64,000 nt of DNA from Rhina ancylostomus. Taxonomy: Eukaryota. A model generated the notes under the pieces. That model did not search any database. It had not been told where the DNA came from and was given only the letters and a program-made list of their open reading frames with translations. Below, in pieces: positions 23,506 to 37,330 of this stretch. Position 1 is the stretch's first letter, and every line of letters begins with the position of its first letter. The position numbers and the translations under genes are program-made. The stretch is taken from contig JARFYF010000052.1 of assembly GCA_030265395.1 (NCBI GenBank), positions 116,704,649 through 116,768,648 of the forward strand, read 5' to 3'.

Positions 23506-26429
23506 ACAAGAATCATTCTGGTGAACCGTGCTGTGTTCACTCTATTACAAATATGTTTTTACTTCAGTAATGGGAAAAGATCTATACACAGTACTCCAGC
23601 TGTTGTCTCTATAATAATGTGATTAATTTCTGGTTCTGGAACTATTTGAGTTGATGGGTGATTATATTACGGCATCATATAAACATACAGAGAAAATGCT
23701 ATATATCCAAATAAGAATCGGTGTTCCATAGTTAACAAACAACATGGTTTACATCTGGAACAACAAATTTTGGTTGCACTGGAGCCCAAATTGTACTCAG
23801 CCAAGGCTTGGATATAATGCTCTAATAACTATCAAACTATGGCTTGTAAATTTGATGTGATAGTTTCTTAATGCTTACCTTAGTCTCCAACACACATTGA
23901 ATGGAACCATTAACAACAGCATTCCTGAACCAGTCAAGTAAATCCCCTCCCCATCACAATCTGGTTAAAAAGCATTTTGTAGTAATACATTCAATTAGAT
24001 AGCCTCTGTTTAAAGAGATGGAGATGGAACCTAAATATTGCTTGCCAGGATACACTACTGCATTTTTAGCTTCACCAGAACAGCATCTCAATGCCTGGCT
24101 CATAACTGAAAAGCTGTGGAGTTTCTACAAATCAACAGGAAGTTAGATTTCAAATGATACAAGGAACCCATCCTAAAGTGATTTCATGCTATGTATATTC
24201 ATCTTCATTTGACTAAACAATCAGAGATTCTTTTGATAAAGTTTAAATTTACTATCCAGGCTCTGAAAATTAAGTTAATTTTGTGGAATCTCATTACTTC
24301 CCATTTTAAATGTTTAATTTTAATGGTGGTACATTTAAAATAATATTTATAAATCTTTTCCTTTCAATTTCATCAATTTTCCCTCTCCATTTCCCTTTTA
24401 GTGCCCGATTTGACAAAGAATCCATCCATTCTAATTTACACTTCTATCTCAGCCTTTCAAACTGATTAGTTAAAATCATATGCAGTTTGTTCCCCGTTCC
24501 CTCAGTTTCCAATGACTGGTTTCCTTTGTTGTGTCATTATCAGCTTGCACTTTCAAAATCCCACGTCACAAAAGATCACTGTAATTAAAACATTAACTCT
24601 AACCAATGTCACCACCTGATAATTATGGCCCAATACTGCAGTACGCACAAATTCTAGACTCTGGAATTCCAATACTGAAATTTTAAATGTATATAATATG
24701 CACTTTTAGTGACAATAATGGTGAAAAGTGGACAAATTTTCAGTTCTGTTTTTAAAATATCAGCATTGATTTGGAGAGTCTACGAAATAGATTAGATATA
24801 AAGCAAAAGCAGAAATTGAAGTGCAATGTGACTGGTCACTGAAATTACAAGACCCCATAGATGATAAGAACTTATAAAGAATCTTGAAGCTAGGTATAAA
24901 ATAAATTAAATCCAGCTACAATACTGAAAGTTCTGCAAAATGAAAACTATCAGCTAATCTAACATTTCTGGCAAACATCTTGTCCCATTGAATCATCTGC
25001 ATCAAACTGATTTTTAATTATTGATTATGGGATCTAAAATGTTTGCTGCATTTACCTTCATAAGTGGCATCATACCTCACAGACACGAGGTGCCTCAAAA
25101 CTTTTTTTGAAAAGTAACTTAAGCTGATGCATTAAGACTGTGGTATTTTATAATCCTCTTAAAAGATCTGCCTTACTAAAACTTTCAGAGGAACTATCAC
25201 ATATGAAATATTTTAACTATTCCAGTTTTGCTTTCTCACATTGGCTCATATCTTTAAAATAAATAATCAGTATTGAATACTGGAATGCATGGAAACCACA
25301 ATGAAGTTGCTAATCATCCTGGTCAGAAAAGGAAGTTGCAAATAATGCAATATTTAGCACCTGAAAACAGAAGTAATGCTCTTTTAAAATGAGAAATATT
25401 GAATAGGAACATCGGAATTCAGCCTGAAATTATTTGGAGTTTCATTTGGGGGTTGGGTGGGGAGGGGGAATAAAAAAAAATGGAAATGAATCTTTCTCAT
25501 AATTATAAATACATTCAGCATGCTCAACGATTAACTCAATTCACCAGAACATACAGTTGCCCCAAGAACAACCATTAAAAATTCTCTGTGCCTTTACAAC
25601 TTAGTTTACTGATAGACAAACACATTTTAGTTTTGTGCACTGCATGTTTCTTATCCACACACAGACAAGTCTCATGAACAAATAGAGGAGTGATAAAATC
25701 TTTACTGCCAAACTTCTAATTAAAATAATTACTGATAAATTTTTAAATATGCTGTATGGAATGAATTAAAAATAGGGTTTTTTAAAGTTTTTTTTAATGT
25801 ATTGCAATCCATGTAAAGTGGGGGCCGTTATTTTCTTTGTTAGATAATGAGTTAAACCAATGAGGATCACAAAGAAAATACCATTTACAGTCTTGGAAAA
25901 TGTGGTGCTACAAAGCCTGGTGGGATCAGGTGAGATTGGGTATCAAGTTCAAAGTCCTAATCGTTAGACTATAATAAGGCTAAGCCAGCTCTTCATAGAT
26001 AAATGCACCAAGCCCCAAAGCATAATTTAGAACCTGAACCCAAGTCGGAAACAGTGTCTGCTTAAGGAGTCCGGCTTTGAGTGACTTGTCCAATAGAGCT
26101 GTGTATCAAGCACTTCAATGCTGGGCGTTTTGATTTGCGTATTTTGAGTCTTGTGTACAGTGAACAAATTCTGCCTCAATGTGCACAAAAGCAAGCATTA
26201 TCTGTGTACTGAAGTTGAGATGACCATACTTCTGGAGTGTGTGTGCCAGGCTGAACAGTTTCCCATCAATCCTGTGGTTTAGCTCCCTTCAAACAGAAAG
26301 CTTGTTGGAGGTGAGGAGCACTACTGTGAGAAAGATTGAAAAATATATTGGAACAATAATGCAGTCTTGCTTCATGCTGGTCTTCAAAGACTCCCTCTGC
26401 TGCATATCTATTAGTTTGGATCATGGCTT

Positions 26430-26665
26430 GCATGCCACACAAATATCTGCAGCCTGTGTTCTAGCCCAATAGTGAGTTCTGTGATGGAGGAGGTTGGAGA
26501 TAGTGTGGGTAACGAGACTGAAAGAGGGTGTAAGAGGTAGTAATCGTTAGGGTTCTTAAAAGGGAGGATCTTCCCCACAGACAGCCTGATGATAGGCTGG
26601 AATTCCCTCAAGAATGAAGTAGTAATGGCAAGAGGACTTATGAAAACAGTTGTACTTGATATTCT
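26430..26665 (+). mobile_element. Degraded CR1 3' region
   Basis: TTCTTAAAAGGGAGGATCTTCCCCACAGACAGCCTGATGATAGGCTGGAATTCCCT (FFxQRVVxxWNSLP-like). Confidence 0.4.
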
Positions 26666-27780
26666 TAAGTTACTTTTTTTTAAAACTGCAATTTTTTGGG
26701 GCTCGTTTTATTCAGAGGTTGTATATTTGAGCTTTTCATAGAGTTCATTAAGATACTTTAACATGCAGTAAAACATACACAGGCATAGAATTGTAGGACA
26801 ACATTACTCCAATCAGCCAGTCTGTTGTTCAGCTGATCACTTTGCCAGGAACTTGTTGGCTGTGGTTCACCAGGGGGAATGGAGGAACAGAGATGCAAGA
26901 GTGCACATTGGAGGGGAGCGGAAGGGGAGAGAATGGTTGAGAATAGCTGATTAGGGAATGCAGGAAGTGTTGTCATGCCAAAGGATAGAAGAAAATAGTG
27001 TCAGATATACAAGCCATACACCAGAAACTGCTTAACTGAATTTCTGTAATGATATGAAACAGCCCAAAAATTGTTGCTGTGAAGTTCCATTTCAGGAAAC
27101 TAAATTTTCAATTGTGTAACACCAAAATAAAAAGCACCATGTGATCAAATTCCTAGGCTAATAAGCTAGAGGGCAGGAAGCCACTGTAAGCAGAAATGCA
27201 AGCAGTAAGTGACTGCCATTTGGTGAAAGACATGTGTGCAGCTGTGTGTTTTGGACAAGTTTGAGTTCATGAAGGTAAAGAATGAAAGGCCAGCAAAGAC
27301 AACACTGGAATCAGAGTACTGGGAAGTGTGACAAGACATAGTTAAGTACTTCAGCAAGATAGACAATGTTGCAGTCAATGGAATTAAGTAATAACAGACT
27401 GGAATCCATAGCAGTACCCAATAATTCAAAGTGCTGTGAAGAGTGTGGTATTCAAATGAACAGATAATCACTTAAGGTTTTAGCAGTGTTTGAGCAAAAA
27501 GAAAATCCAAGTACACATACTTGGTCAAAACTCCCAAATGTTTGAATTGCAGTTGGCAATATTGGAGTATATTACAGTTAAACTGGTCCAAACAAAAAAT
27601 GGAGGGAGCATTTTAACCACAAAAATAAAGTTAACAACCTTGCATATCCGAAGCAGCTATGTGCAAATTCCAGAATCTCACAGATTTGCTTTCAATTTAA
27701 ACTGCTTGTGTCAGTCACAATCATTCACAAGCAAGTTATGCTGCTTTATGCCATAGTAAATTCACTGGCGTATGCAAGGA

Positions 27781-27854
27781 AAGGAAGATGTTACATAAAG
27801 ATATTCTTTAATTCTAGGAAGGAAGTGTTGCATAAAGATACTAGCTAATTCTAG
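27781..27854 (+). repeat. Diverged tandem duplication, unit about 37 bp
   Basis: AAGGAAGATGTTACATAAAGATATTCTTTAATTCTAG followed by AAGGAAG-TGTTGCATAAAGATACTAGCTAATTCTAG. Confidence 0.85.
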
Positions 27855-28171
27855 CAAAATATTTGTTAAATTTGATTATTCCACGCAGAGAAAACTTCAA
27901 TGATTTGAAAAGGAACGTCTTATTTTGCACAATTTAACAGATGGAAAAGTTGTAGCTTAAACTAAATCTTGAAATATTTTGTTTTTGGCACCAGTTTGGG
28001 ACTCTAAGTGAAAACCGAAAAGATCATCATACCCCTTTTCACAGAAAGAACATTTCAAAATTCTGCATATTTGTATATTAAAAAAACAGAATATTTCAAT
28101 GTGTTCAGTACAAGTATTCAAAAAAACCTCAACAGCAATGTTCCCTTTTCAAGGAGAAACTGCTCAAGTTC

Positions 28172-28336
28172 AGGTGTAGTGTAGTGGTTAGTGTAATGCT
28201 ATTACTATTACAGTGCCAGCGACCCGGGTTCAATTCCAGCCACTGCCTATAAGCAGTTTGTACGTTCTCCCCGTGTCTGCATGGGTTTCCTCCAGGTGCT
28301 CCGGTTTCCTCCCACATTCCAAAGACGTACAGGTTA
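28172..28336 (+). mobile_element. tRNA-derived V-SINE (HE1-like), truncated by a gap
   Basis: A-box-like TAGTGTAGTGG, B-box GGTTCAATTCC, V-domain TTGTACGTTCTCCCCGTGTCTGCATGGGTTTCCTCCAGGTGCTCCGGTTTCCTCCCACATTCCAAAGACGT. Confidence 0.88.
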
Positions 28337-28769
28337 NNNNNNNNNNNNNNNNNNNNNNNNNNNNNNNNNNNNNNNNNNNNNNNNNNNNNNNNNNNNNNNN
28401 NNNNNNNNNNNNNNNNNNNNNNNNNNNNNNNNNNNNNNNNNNNNNNNNNNNNNNNNNNNNNNNNNNNNNNNNNNNNNNNNNNNNNNNNNNNNNNNNNNNN
28501 NNNNNNNNNNNNNNNNNNNNNNNNNNNNNNNNNNNNNNNNNNNNNNNNNNNNNNNNNNNNNNNNNNNNNNNNNNNNNNNNNNNNNNNNNNNNNNNNNNNN
28601 NNNNNNNNNNNNNNNNNNNNNNNNNNNNNNNNNNNNNNNNNNNNNNNNNNNNNNNNNNNNNNNNNNNNNNNNNNNNNNNNNNNNNNNNNNNNNNNNNNNN
28701 NNNNNNNNNNNNNNNNNNNNNNNNNNNNNNNNNNNNNNNNNNNNNNNNNNNNTTTAATATCACAGTTGA

Positions 28770-29565
28770 TCTGTTACCTTGGACCCCCACATCCTTCATT
28801 TCCATTAAGTGCAAAGATCCATCAACTTCACCTTGAATGTGTCAAGCAACTAACTCCCCATTATCCCCTTGGGATGCAAATCCAAAAATTCACTTCCTAC
28901 CGAATGCAGAAACTTCTCATCCAATTCATGAACTTTGAGACTGTGACCCCTGATTATTATATGGAAATACTGTCCATGCATAAGAATTTTGTATATTTCA
29001 AGAGATGAACTCCCATGCTTCTTAACTCGAGATTAAATATAACGTTTGCTGAATCTCCCCTTGGGGGCATTTCCCAACCCCGATGCAGCATTTAATCTGG
29101 TAAACCTTACTAGCACCGACTATTATAAATGTTCTTCCTTAGAGATACAAGACCTGGATGTAATATTGCAGCTGTAGTCTCACTAGGGCCCTACATCATT
29201 TTCAGCAGTACATCTTCATTCTTGTACTGAAATCCTCTTGCACTCGAGGCCAACATTCCATTTGTCTTTCTAATTACTTGTTAACATGCACTTTCAGTGA
29301 CTTGTATAGAAGAACATGGTGGTCCCTTTGAATACTAACATCTTTCAACTTTCCATTTAAAAAAATTATATTTCTATTTTTTTTCTACTGCATATGTTAA
29401 AATCTCCTTGAAACCCCTTTGTATCCACCCCATAACACTCTCCCACACAGTTTTGCATCATCAGCAAACCTGGATATTTTGCACTTGGAACCCTTATGCC
29501 AATCATTGATAATAGACTGCATACAGTTTGGGGCAGAGCACCAATCCATGCGGGACAACCTCCCN
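28770..29565 (-). mobile_element. Old CR1 fragment
   Basis: TTTGCATCATCAGCAAAC (FADD on the minus strand) and GGCCAACATTCCATTTGTCTTTCTAAT. Confidence 0.75.
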
Positions 29566-29661
29566 NNNNNNNNNNNNNNNNNNNNNNNNNNNNNNNNNNN
29601 NNNNNNNNNNNNNNNNNNNNNNNNNNNNNNNNNNNNNNNNNNNNNNNNNNNNNNNNNNNNN

Positions 29662-29860
29662 AAGTTAGGATGAGGGCAAGAACAAATTTAGACACAAGAT
29701 GCAAATTTTAAATTTCAGGCAATGGAACACTGGTAGCCTTATGGATGAATGAGGACAGGCGCAGGACAAGGTATGAACAACGTGGCTTCTGGTGAGCCGA
29801 ACTTTACACTGGATGGGGGTTTGGAGGCCAGCCAGGAGATCATTACAGACTCTGATCACA
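29662..29860 (-). mobile_element. L2 LINE ORF2 fragment
   Basis: ACAAGATGCAAATTTTAAAT (FKI on the minus strand, WLPV..RIxFKI region) and GGAGGCCAGCCAGGAGATCATTACA (CNDLLAGL, from DYCNSLLAGLP). Confidence 0.65.
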
Positions 29861-30059
29861 AGATGGGCTCATTCAATTTTACCTACATCATTACATCTCA
29901 CAGGTAATTTACTTCCTTTGGTGAAGGTCATTACCAATTCCATTCCAGTTGCTTAACTTGGATGAGTTAACACCTTGGATGAAACACAGTGTGGGGCTAG
30001 AGTAGCAATTTAAATTGGAGCTATCGTCCACAAATCCACTTTGGATCAAAACCCACAAC

Positions 30060-30215
30060 ATGGAGATGACAGGTACTTGAATGAGCAGGGGATAGAGGGA
30101 TACGGAATTAATGCAGGCAAATTGGATTTGGATAGATGGGCATAATGGTTGGCAGAGACACAGTGGGTTGAAGGGCCTATTTCCCCACCGTACACCTCCA
30201 TGATCTATTGTATGA
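30060..30215 (+). mobile_element. CR1 3' tail
   Basis: GACAGGTACTTGAATGAGCAGGGGATAGAGGGATACGG ... GGGTTGAAGGGCCTATTTCC. Confidence 0.75.
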
Positions 30216-30432
30216 CTATCTGATAAATGTTTTAGTGTTTAAGATTGCACATTTAAATCCTCAGTACTGGTTTTTTCCATCAACTTTGATCCCTTACATT
30301 TCTAAATTTTCGGTTTAAAATTTCAGATTTGCACCAACTTTCTACTAATACTCTTACATTTCCAGCAAAACTATTGAGCTTTAAAAAAGCTCACACATAT
30401 ACTTTTGTAAATGGTTAATAAAGAGCTCATAA

Positions 30433-30643
30433 TCCAAAAACGCAAACTCAAAGATTCAGGAACAGCTTCTTCCCCTCCGCCATCAGATTTCTGCACAATC
30501 GATGAACCCATGAACACTACCTCATTATTTCTTTCTTTTTGCACTAATTTTTTTAATTTATAGATTTTTATGTCTTTGCATTGTACTGCTGCCGCAAAAT
30601 AACAAATTTCACATCAGATGTCAGTGATAATAAATCTGATTCT
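30433..30643 (+). mobile_element. Rex1/Babar LINE 3' end
   Basis: GATTCAGGAACAGCTTCTTCCCCTCCGCCATCAG (RFRNSFFPSAI) ... GATAATAAATCTGATTCT; close match to 40405-40600. Confidence 0.8.
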
Positions 30644-31324
30644 TGACAGAACTTGGGTACTCTTATTCTTAGCTGTCAACTAATGGGATAGTAGAAGCAA
30701 GCAGATACAATTGCCATGTTACAAATTTTAGAGTTTAACTAAAATGGTAGAAGGCTGTTCACATTTGAAGGGATGTCTTAAGTGTCAATATATTCTCTGA
30801 CACCAAGGTTAGCACACAGGTGACAGGATCAGTCAGAATTCAGGCATAAGATACAAGATAGAAGCAATTGAATTTCTAATCAGAATCATTTGGTCTGATT
30901 AATCAACAACATAATTCAAATCCAATTCAAGCATGCCTCTTAAGAATGCCGTTCCTCATCTGCAGAGGCCAATATCCGGCTTTTATTTTTGTATCCACCA
31001 AAATTAGTATGACTGATTACTATTAGAAACCCACAGANNNNNNNNNNNNNNNNNNNNTATCTAGATTGCAGACCATGTCCATAGATTGAACTGAGGCGTT
31101 TCTATATTTAGTTTTGTAACACAGGAGACCCAGCTGCATAAGCCACTGCACCTGGAGGAAGTGGGAGTTGGGGATGGGTGAAGATTCCAGTGTTCCCCCA
31201 GTTGCCCTCCAAACTCCCCAGTTTTATAAAGCCCCACAATACAATGCAGTCCAAATCCTGCCCCATACTCTCACCATTCCTGCTGCAAATGACATTCATG
31301 ATTAACAAGTCTTCCAATGCCTGA

Positions 31325-31690
31325 CATTTAGAACTTGCATCTTTGTGGTCAAATTCACCCCAGGCCTTGCTCCTTCCTAACCTATTCCAAACCCCAGTAT
31401 GATCTCACTTCACCAAGGCTTCTTTGATAGCTGCTGGGAAACTTGCAATCTATACCATCTGGGATGGGAGATCACATGGGTACATCACCATCTACAACTC
31501 TGCATGCAAGTGAGCACAATTCTGACATTTAAATCTATCTGTCAATCCTCCATGTTTAAATTCCTTCAACTCCCAACATGTTGTTGGAGAGTATCTTCAT
31601 GAAAGCACTACAAGTTCCCTGCCACCTCCTCAAGGGCAATATGGGATGGATATTAAATGCTGCCTTGACATTGACACACGCATCACAAAG
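31325..31690 (+). mobile_element. 3' end of CR1/L2-group LINE (same family as 6195 and 55330)
   Basis: CCACCTCCTCAAGGGCAATATGGGATGGATATTAAATGCTG tail. Confidence 0.65.
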
Positions 31691-31814
31691 AAAAGCTAAG
31701 TCATTCTTGCATCACAGTTTACCTTCTCTTCTTTGCCGACCATCTCAGGATCCTCTTAGCCAAGTGATAAATGCAACACCACAGAAAATCCAAATTCCAA
31801 ACCACATTTCTTCT

Positions 31815-32460
31815 TGTTCTTAGGCAATCCCTTGGGATTGAGGATGACTTGCTTCCACTATAAACCTGTGGGTTCTGAGGTGACTGATAAGGCAAATATG
31901 TGAACTACGCATTGTTCTACAGATAAGGTAGTATTATGGGTAGGTGGTGCACTCCTATTGGGTTTCTGTGCTCGCCTGACAGATGGGCTCAAGGTTCAGT
32001 GCCATCCTGAATTCTCCTCTTCTGAGTGGTCATGGGCAAGGGATTCCCAGAAGTCAGAGCTGATGTTGCTTTATTTCCTCAAGGAGGCTTCCAGAACATC
32101 TTTGAATCTTTTCCTCTGTTCACCTGGTAATACCTTTCTGCAACAGAGCTCAGAATATAGCATTTGTTTAGAGTCTGATATTGCTCATGCACACTGCAAC
32201 AGTGACTGAGTAATTAGGGCCACAATGCTGGTGATGTTGGCCTTGGAGGGGACACTGGCTCACATACTCTTCCAGTGCATTTGGAGAATTTTGTACAGAC
32301 TGTTTTGGTAATACCTTCCTAGTGCCTTGAGATGTCTACCATGGATAGTTCAGGTCTCAGGAGATTGGTAGGCAGGGATCACTGGTGCCCATTAGGCCAA
32401 GTTTGAGTTCTTTATCTTCAAGCATCCATTCCCCGGGGTTAAGCCATACTTGCATATTCA
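31815..32460 (-). mobile_element. RTE-clade LINE 3' fragment
   Basis: Minus strand 32130-32041 reads LPGEQRKRFKDVLEASLRK*SNISSDFWES (GxQRKRFKDxLKxxL motif of RTE ORF C-termini). Confidence 0.8.
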
Positions 32461-33229
32461 TCACACAGCATACTTGGTCAACTAATCACATGTGCATATC
32501 CAAAGTGCCTTCTTCCCTGAGACTTTGCCTGTTTTACTCCTTTATGCACCATTTCCTTGTGGTTTTTGCTGGGCTGGTGGAAAGCTAATCACTTGGAGTG
32601 CAGGACCCTGCAGAGAGCTGTGAAGGATGACTGATAACTCTAGGCTTGGATGGACAAAGGTTTAGACTGGATAGTTAACAGCTAAACAGTATCCATTCAT
32701 TGCTATTGCATTTCATTCCAAACTGATATGGACTACAATACTTGTTCATGTACCAATTACAGATGCTTCTGCAACTTTCATCTTTGATAGCTTTTAGTCT
32801 TAGTGGCCCATATCCCAAACACTGCACACAGGGTTTTATGGCCAAGCACAATCACCAGGTGGAGTAGGAATTAAAACTGGGATAATTAAATCAGAGCCAC
32901 ACAGATGAAATCCAGTCTTCATTTTAAGGTTATATGAAGTCCTTACTGAGTTATCATAAATCTGTTAATTAACATTCATAATAAATCTGCTGGGCAGTTT
33001 CTGCTATGCTGCAAATACAATCTTTGCTGTATTTTTCTGCTGTCATTGTGAGTGGGGTAGGATGGAGAAGGGAGAAAAGGGATAGGAGCCAATAACAATG
33101 TGCCACATTTAAATAGGAAGCTCCCACTATAAAAAGGTAGACCAAAATGTATGAACAATGGTAGATATTATTCTACTACATTTGCTTATTTCTCACACCC
33201 AAACATTTCACTGCTTACAGCAGGTCATT

Positions 33230-34125
33230 AAACTGAATGCTGGTTGCATGGGACCAGCACCTTTCAGCATCCCAAAAGGTTCTATTCCCCACACTCTAGT
33301 TGATATTTCAGACTGATGACCTTTCATGGAGTCACAAGAGATTGTAGATGCTGGAATCTGGAGCAACAAACAATTTGCTGGAGGAACTTAGTGAGTCAAG
33401 TGGCATCTGTGGGAGGAAAGGAATTGTCCATGTTTCAGGTGAAAACCCTGCAACATGTTGACAATTCCCTTCCTCCCACATGTGCTGCTCAACCTGCTGA
33501 GCTCTTCCAGCAGATTGTTTGTTGTGCGCAATGACCTTTCATGATCGTTAACCTGGAATGTTGGCAGTTTCTCTCTCCACTGCTTCTGCCTGAACTGCTT
33601 ACTTTTTCCAGCATTCTCTATTTATGCTTCAAATTTCCAGCATCTGCAGTTTTTTTTTGCTTTCAGTCTCCAGCCAATTTCGATGTTACTCAATTTTCCC
33701 TTTCACCACAGATGTTACCTGACCCATGGGGCTTTTCCAACATTCTCCTGTATTTCACATTTCCAGCATTGTATGTTTCAGTGCCAGCAATGTTTCATTT
33801 CATTTTGTCTTGTTTTACAATTCTCCTTACACCAGCTCCAGACAGGTTATCTCCACTAACACCACCTGTTAGTGATTAACTATCACCACCTGTTAGCCAA
33901 CACCAAGCCGTGTCATCCATTTTTGTTGGTCGCCACCTTATCACAGACATGCTCTTTGTTCTCTCCATCCCTGCAACTTAAAATATGCTCGTTTTCTAAC
34001 TTTTCCTCATTTGGACAATAAGTTATCAACTTGAGACATGAACTGCAAAGATACAGACCAACCTGCTGAGTACTTTCAAGTGTGTTTTTCTTTCAGATTT
34101 GCAACATCTGCAATCTTTTTCTCAA
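33230..34125. mobile_element. Cluster of several Penelope-like terminal repeats
   Basis: Repeated ...CTGCTGAG..TTCCAGCA...ATTTCCAGCATCTGCA motifs at about 33590-33650, 33710-33770 and 34060-34112, plus the fold-back insert at 33329-33530. Confidence 0.7.
33329..33530. mobile_element. 202-bp fold-back element built from two inverted Penelope termini, with a 13-bp TSD
   Basis: Inverted arms at 33364-33428 and 33460-33524; ATGACCTTTCATG repeated directly at 33316-33328 and 33531-33543. Confidence 0.85.
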
Positions 34126-37099
34126 TGGGAATTGCAAACTGGCTGATTTACTTTTCAGAGAGCCTAAGGCCAAAAGCAGCACCGATCCTTATTTTACGAA
34201 CTAGCAGAGAACCACACTTGTTTCTTCATTACCAGTTAAGCCAAATAGAAATTGTGATGGTGATGCGGAAAGAACAATTTTAGGGCTGTGTTCTTGAATC
34301 AAGACAGAACCGTAGCTGAAAACTGCAAAAGAGACAAGTTCATAAGTCTTCAAATGACAGTTAACCAAGTTTGGTAATGATTTACGCAGAACGGCCACAC
34401 ATAGATTCTTTAAACGCCAAGCAAAATATTAATTAATGTCATCTTTCACATCCAAAGCCACTACTTGGATTACCTGCAGTCCAAATATTTTCATTTTATT
34501 ANNNNNNNNNNNNNNNNNNNNNNNNNNNNNNNNNNNNNNNNNNNNNNNNNNNNNNNNNNNNNNNNNNNNNNNNNNNNNNNNNNNNNNNNNNNNNNNNNNN
34601 NTCCAAATCTTTGCATTTGATTAAATGCTTACAGTATACATCTCCAGGTGCCAATAACAAAACTGCTGCACAGAACTCCAGACTGCAACAATTGTGTGAT
34701 CTTTCTCCAGATTAAACTTGAATTTGCATATGCCATTCTCAAAAATGTCAGGAAGTCATGCTCCACTTCAATGGAAATCATTTGATAATAGTTTGAAAGC
34801 ATAACACCAGTCTTGGCATTATTCCGATTTACAGTCAACACAAAATGAAAACTAGATGTTTCAGGTGTGTCTTGATGTACTTTGCCAGACAGTTACCTCC
34901 AACACAGGTAGCACCTGCAGTTTGAACCAAGTTTCTGTCTGGCATCAACTGAAACTGAACTAGTTGATGACTAAGACTTGACCAGGGGGTATGAATCATT
35001 ACCGTCTCAGTTTCTTAAGTCTTTTACGTGCTAACTGATGAAAAAGCTCTGCACTGTTATCACAAAAGGTATGTGTGAAAGCAAAGGATGATACCAGAAA
35101 TCTTATTTCCTTTGCTAAAGCATGTTATGATGCTTTAGATGCTTAGGGAGAATAAAAGGGGAGAAGGAAAAAGAAATCTTTGCATCTTTGGTGTGCATCT
35201 CAAATATGGGATTAATCACATGTTAAATATCCATAAAAGATTACATTGTTTAGCTTCAATGGCAGTTGTGTTAATATTTTTATATTTATACTTTAATGCA
35301 GAGATGAAAGCACGCCTATTTTATTGCAATAAATTCTTGCTGCTATTCCCTGCTGTCAAGTAGACGAAGTTTAATCCTGCCTTCCAGTTTTCTTCATCTA
35401 GGCACAAGAACACAATGCATCTGCATCCAATTTTGTGAGAGGGAAATGCTCAAACTGGGACCTCAATAAATGCCACACATTGGCAGTACCTTAGATAATG
35501 ACTTTGTTCTTTTTTTTAAAAAGGTTTCTAATTCTATAAAAAGAACTCAACTGCTATTCACTGCATTACTCCACCCCAGCCTGGCCAAACATCTTTCAGA
35601 GAGCTGGATTTCTGAAGCCATTTCATAGAAGTATCTGAAATAGAGATGTCTGCATATGCATATATAATTGATGCAATTGTGCCAATTGAAAATTCTTTAT
35701 TGCTTCTGTAACATCACATTTTGACCCTGCTAAAATATTCTCCATATGAATTGATGCTTGCCACTCCCGTTACGGTGAGATACTGTGCTCATTATTATTC
35801 ACATCAATCTAGATGACTCATGTTCTGCATAAATGGCATGGACAAAATAAAGAACAAAAGCTATCACAAATTAGAGAATTTAATCACTGTTTAAAATAAA
35901 GGTTCCCTGCATCAGGGAACAATGATCAATTTAATGCTAGAATAATGCTGGATGTGAGGCAGGAGAACTGACATCAGCACCCAGTTCAATCACAATACAA
36001 AAGCTTCTCTATGCTTAGTTAAATTGCAGTATGCAGTCATATAAATCATTCTTTGTTATGCACAAATATCTGGGATTTTTTTTTTAAAAAACAGATTCTA
36101 TATTTAAATCTTGAGGCTTGCACTACCACAGAAGTAGTAATGCATCAATACTTCAGGCTCTTTAGTCCTGTTAGACAAAAATATGATAAAAATATGCTTA
36201 ATTCTGTAACATTTACAATTTTACATCTTTTTCATTCGCATCTCACTTCTTTTCAAAAAGGATGATTCCCCTTCAGAACATCTTTGTTCAACTTTCTACC
36301 AGTCAAATTCCTGCTTCACTGAATCTACTTGCATTTATTTTTACTTTTTTTTGTGAGCTTTCAATCTATATTAACTTAATACTAATGACCCCCTGTAATC
36401 TTTGCCTCCTACCCCATCCCCAAGGTGGACATACACCCCATGTTTAGAACCATTGCCCCCAGACAGTTTAAAACAGGCTTTCAAATACAAGCTTTGAGTA
36501 ACCAGTTCTTAACAATCTTCAGCTCTGAGCTAGGATTTCCACACTGTTACAGCAGGGGATGCTAATAATATGGTTTGGGTGTCACAGTGTTCAAAAACAC
36601 TGACATAAGCACTTAGCTGAACAGTACGCGAGTGGTGATCAGCGACTGGGGTGATGAGATTGCTTTCCTGCTGTTAAACTGCAGTGTTTGTGGTTTGGCA
36701 GACGGGCAGTCATATGATGCTTTGTCAGAATTTTCTGTTGACATTTAGCATTTGCAGTTTTTAATCCCTCCCCCAATTTCTTTATGTTTGAATGGATCTC
36801 TCCCACTTCTTTTACCCATGAGAGTGTGGATTGCTTTTGACTTGGTGGAGAGAAGAGACATATTAATCTTTTGGATAGGTCACCAGAATGGTGCCAAATT
36901 AGAATTGTGAAATAACTGTGACAAAATGCAAGAGGACATTTCTTGCATTTTAAAAAGTGGACATGGAAAAGGCAAATTATATTCAATATTAGGCATGAGA
37001 TGGCTCTGAAAATTTTTAAGTGATTTATATACAAAAGAGAAAGTACAGAAGTTTTTTGGGCAACAGGCGTGACCCCCTCAGTTGCAACGTTACTTGTCA

Positions 37100-37330
37100 G
37101 AAAGCAAGGAACAGGCTTGACCTTTTGATCAAGGGAAAATGAGCTGGTGATCAAATTATGATGGGATTGATGCAGCAGACGCAGATACTTCCATTTGTGG
37201 CCAGGATAAAAATTAGGAGGTGAACATTTCAGTCACTAATAAATTCAATAAGGAATTTAGGAGAAACAATTTTTAAATCAGAAGTGGTTACAATGGGAAA
37301 AATCATTATCAATTAATGGGAATCTGGAGA
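37100..37330 (+). mobile_element. Degraded CR1 3' fragment
   Basis: AAATTATGATGGGATTGATGCAG ... AATAAATTCAATAAGGAATTTAGGAGAAAC. Confidence 0.55.

Noticed and set aside
28172-28245. tRNA gene
   Set aside because: The A/B boxes belong to a SINE head followed directly by a V-domain; no cloverleaf.
36639-37154. 171-aa minus-strand ORF
   Set aside because: No recognisable homology, partly overlaps a degraded CR1, and its composition looks non-coding.
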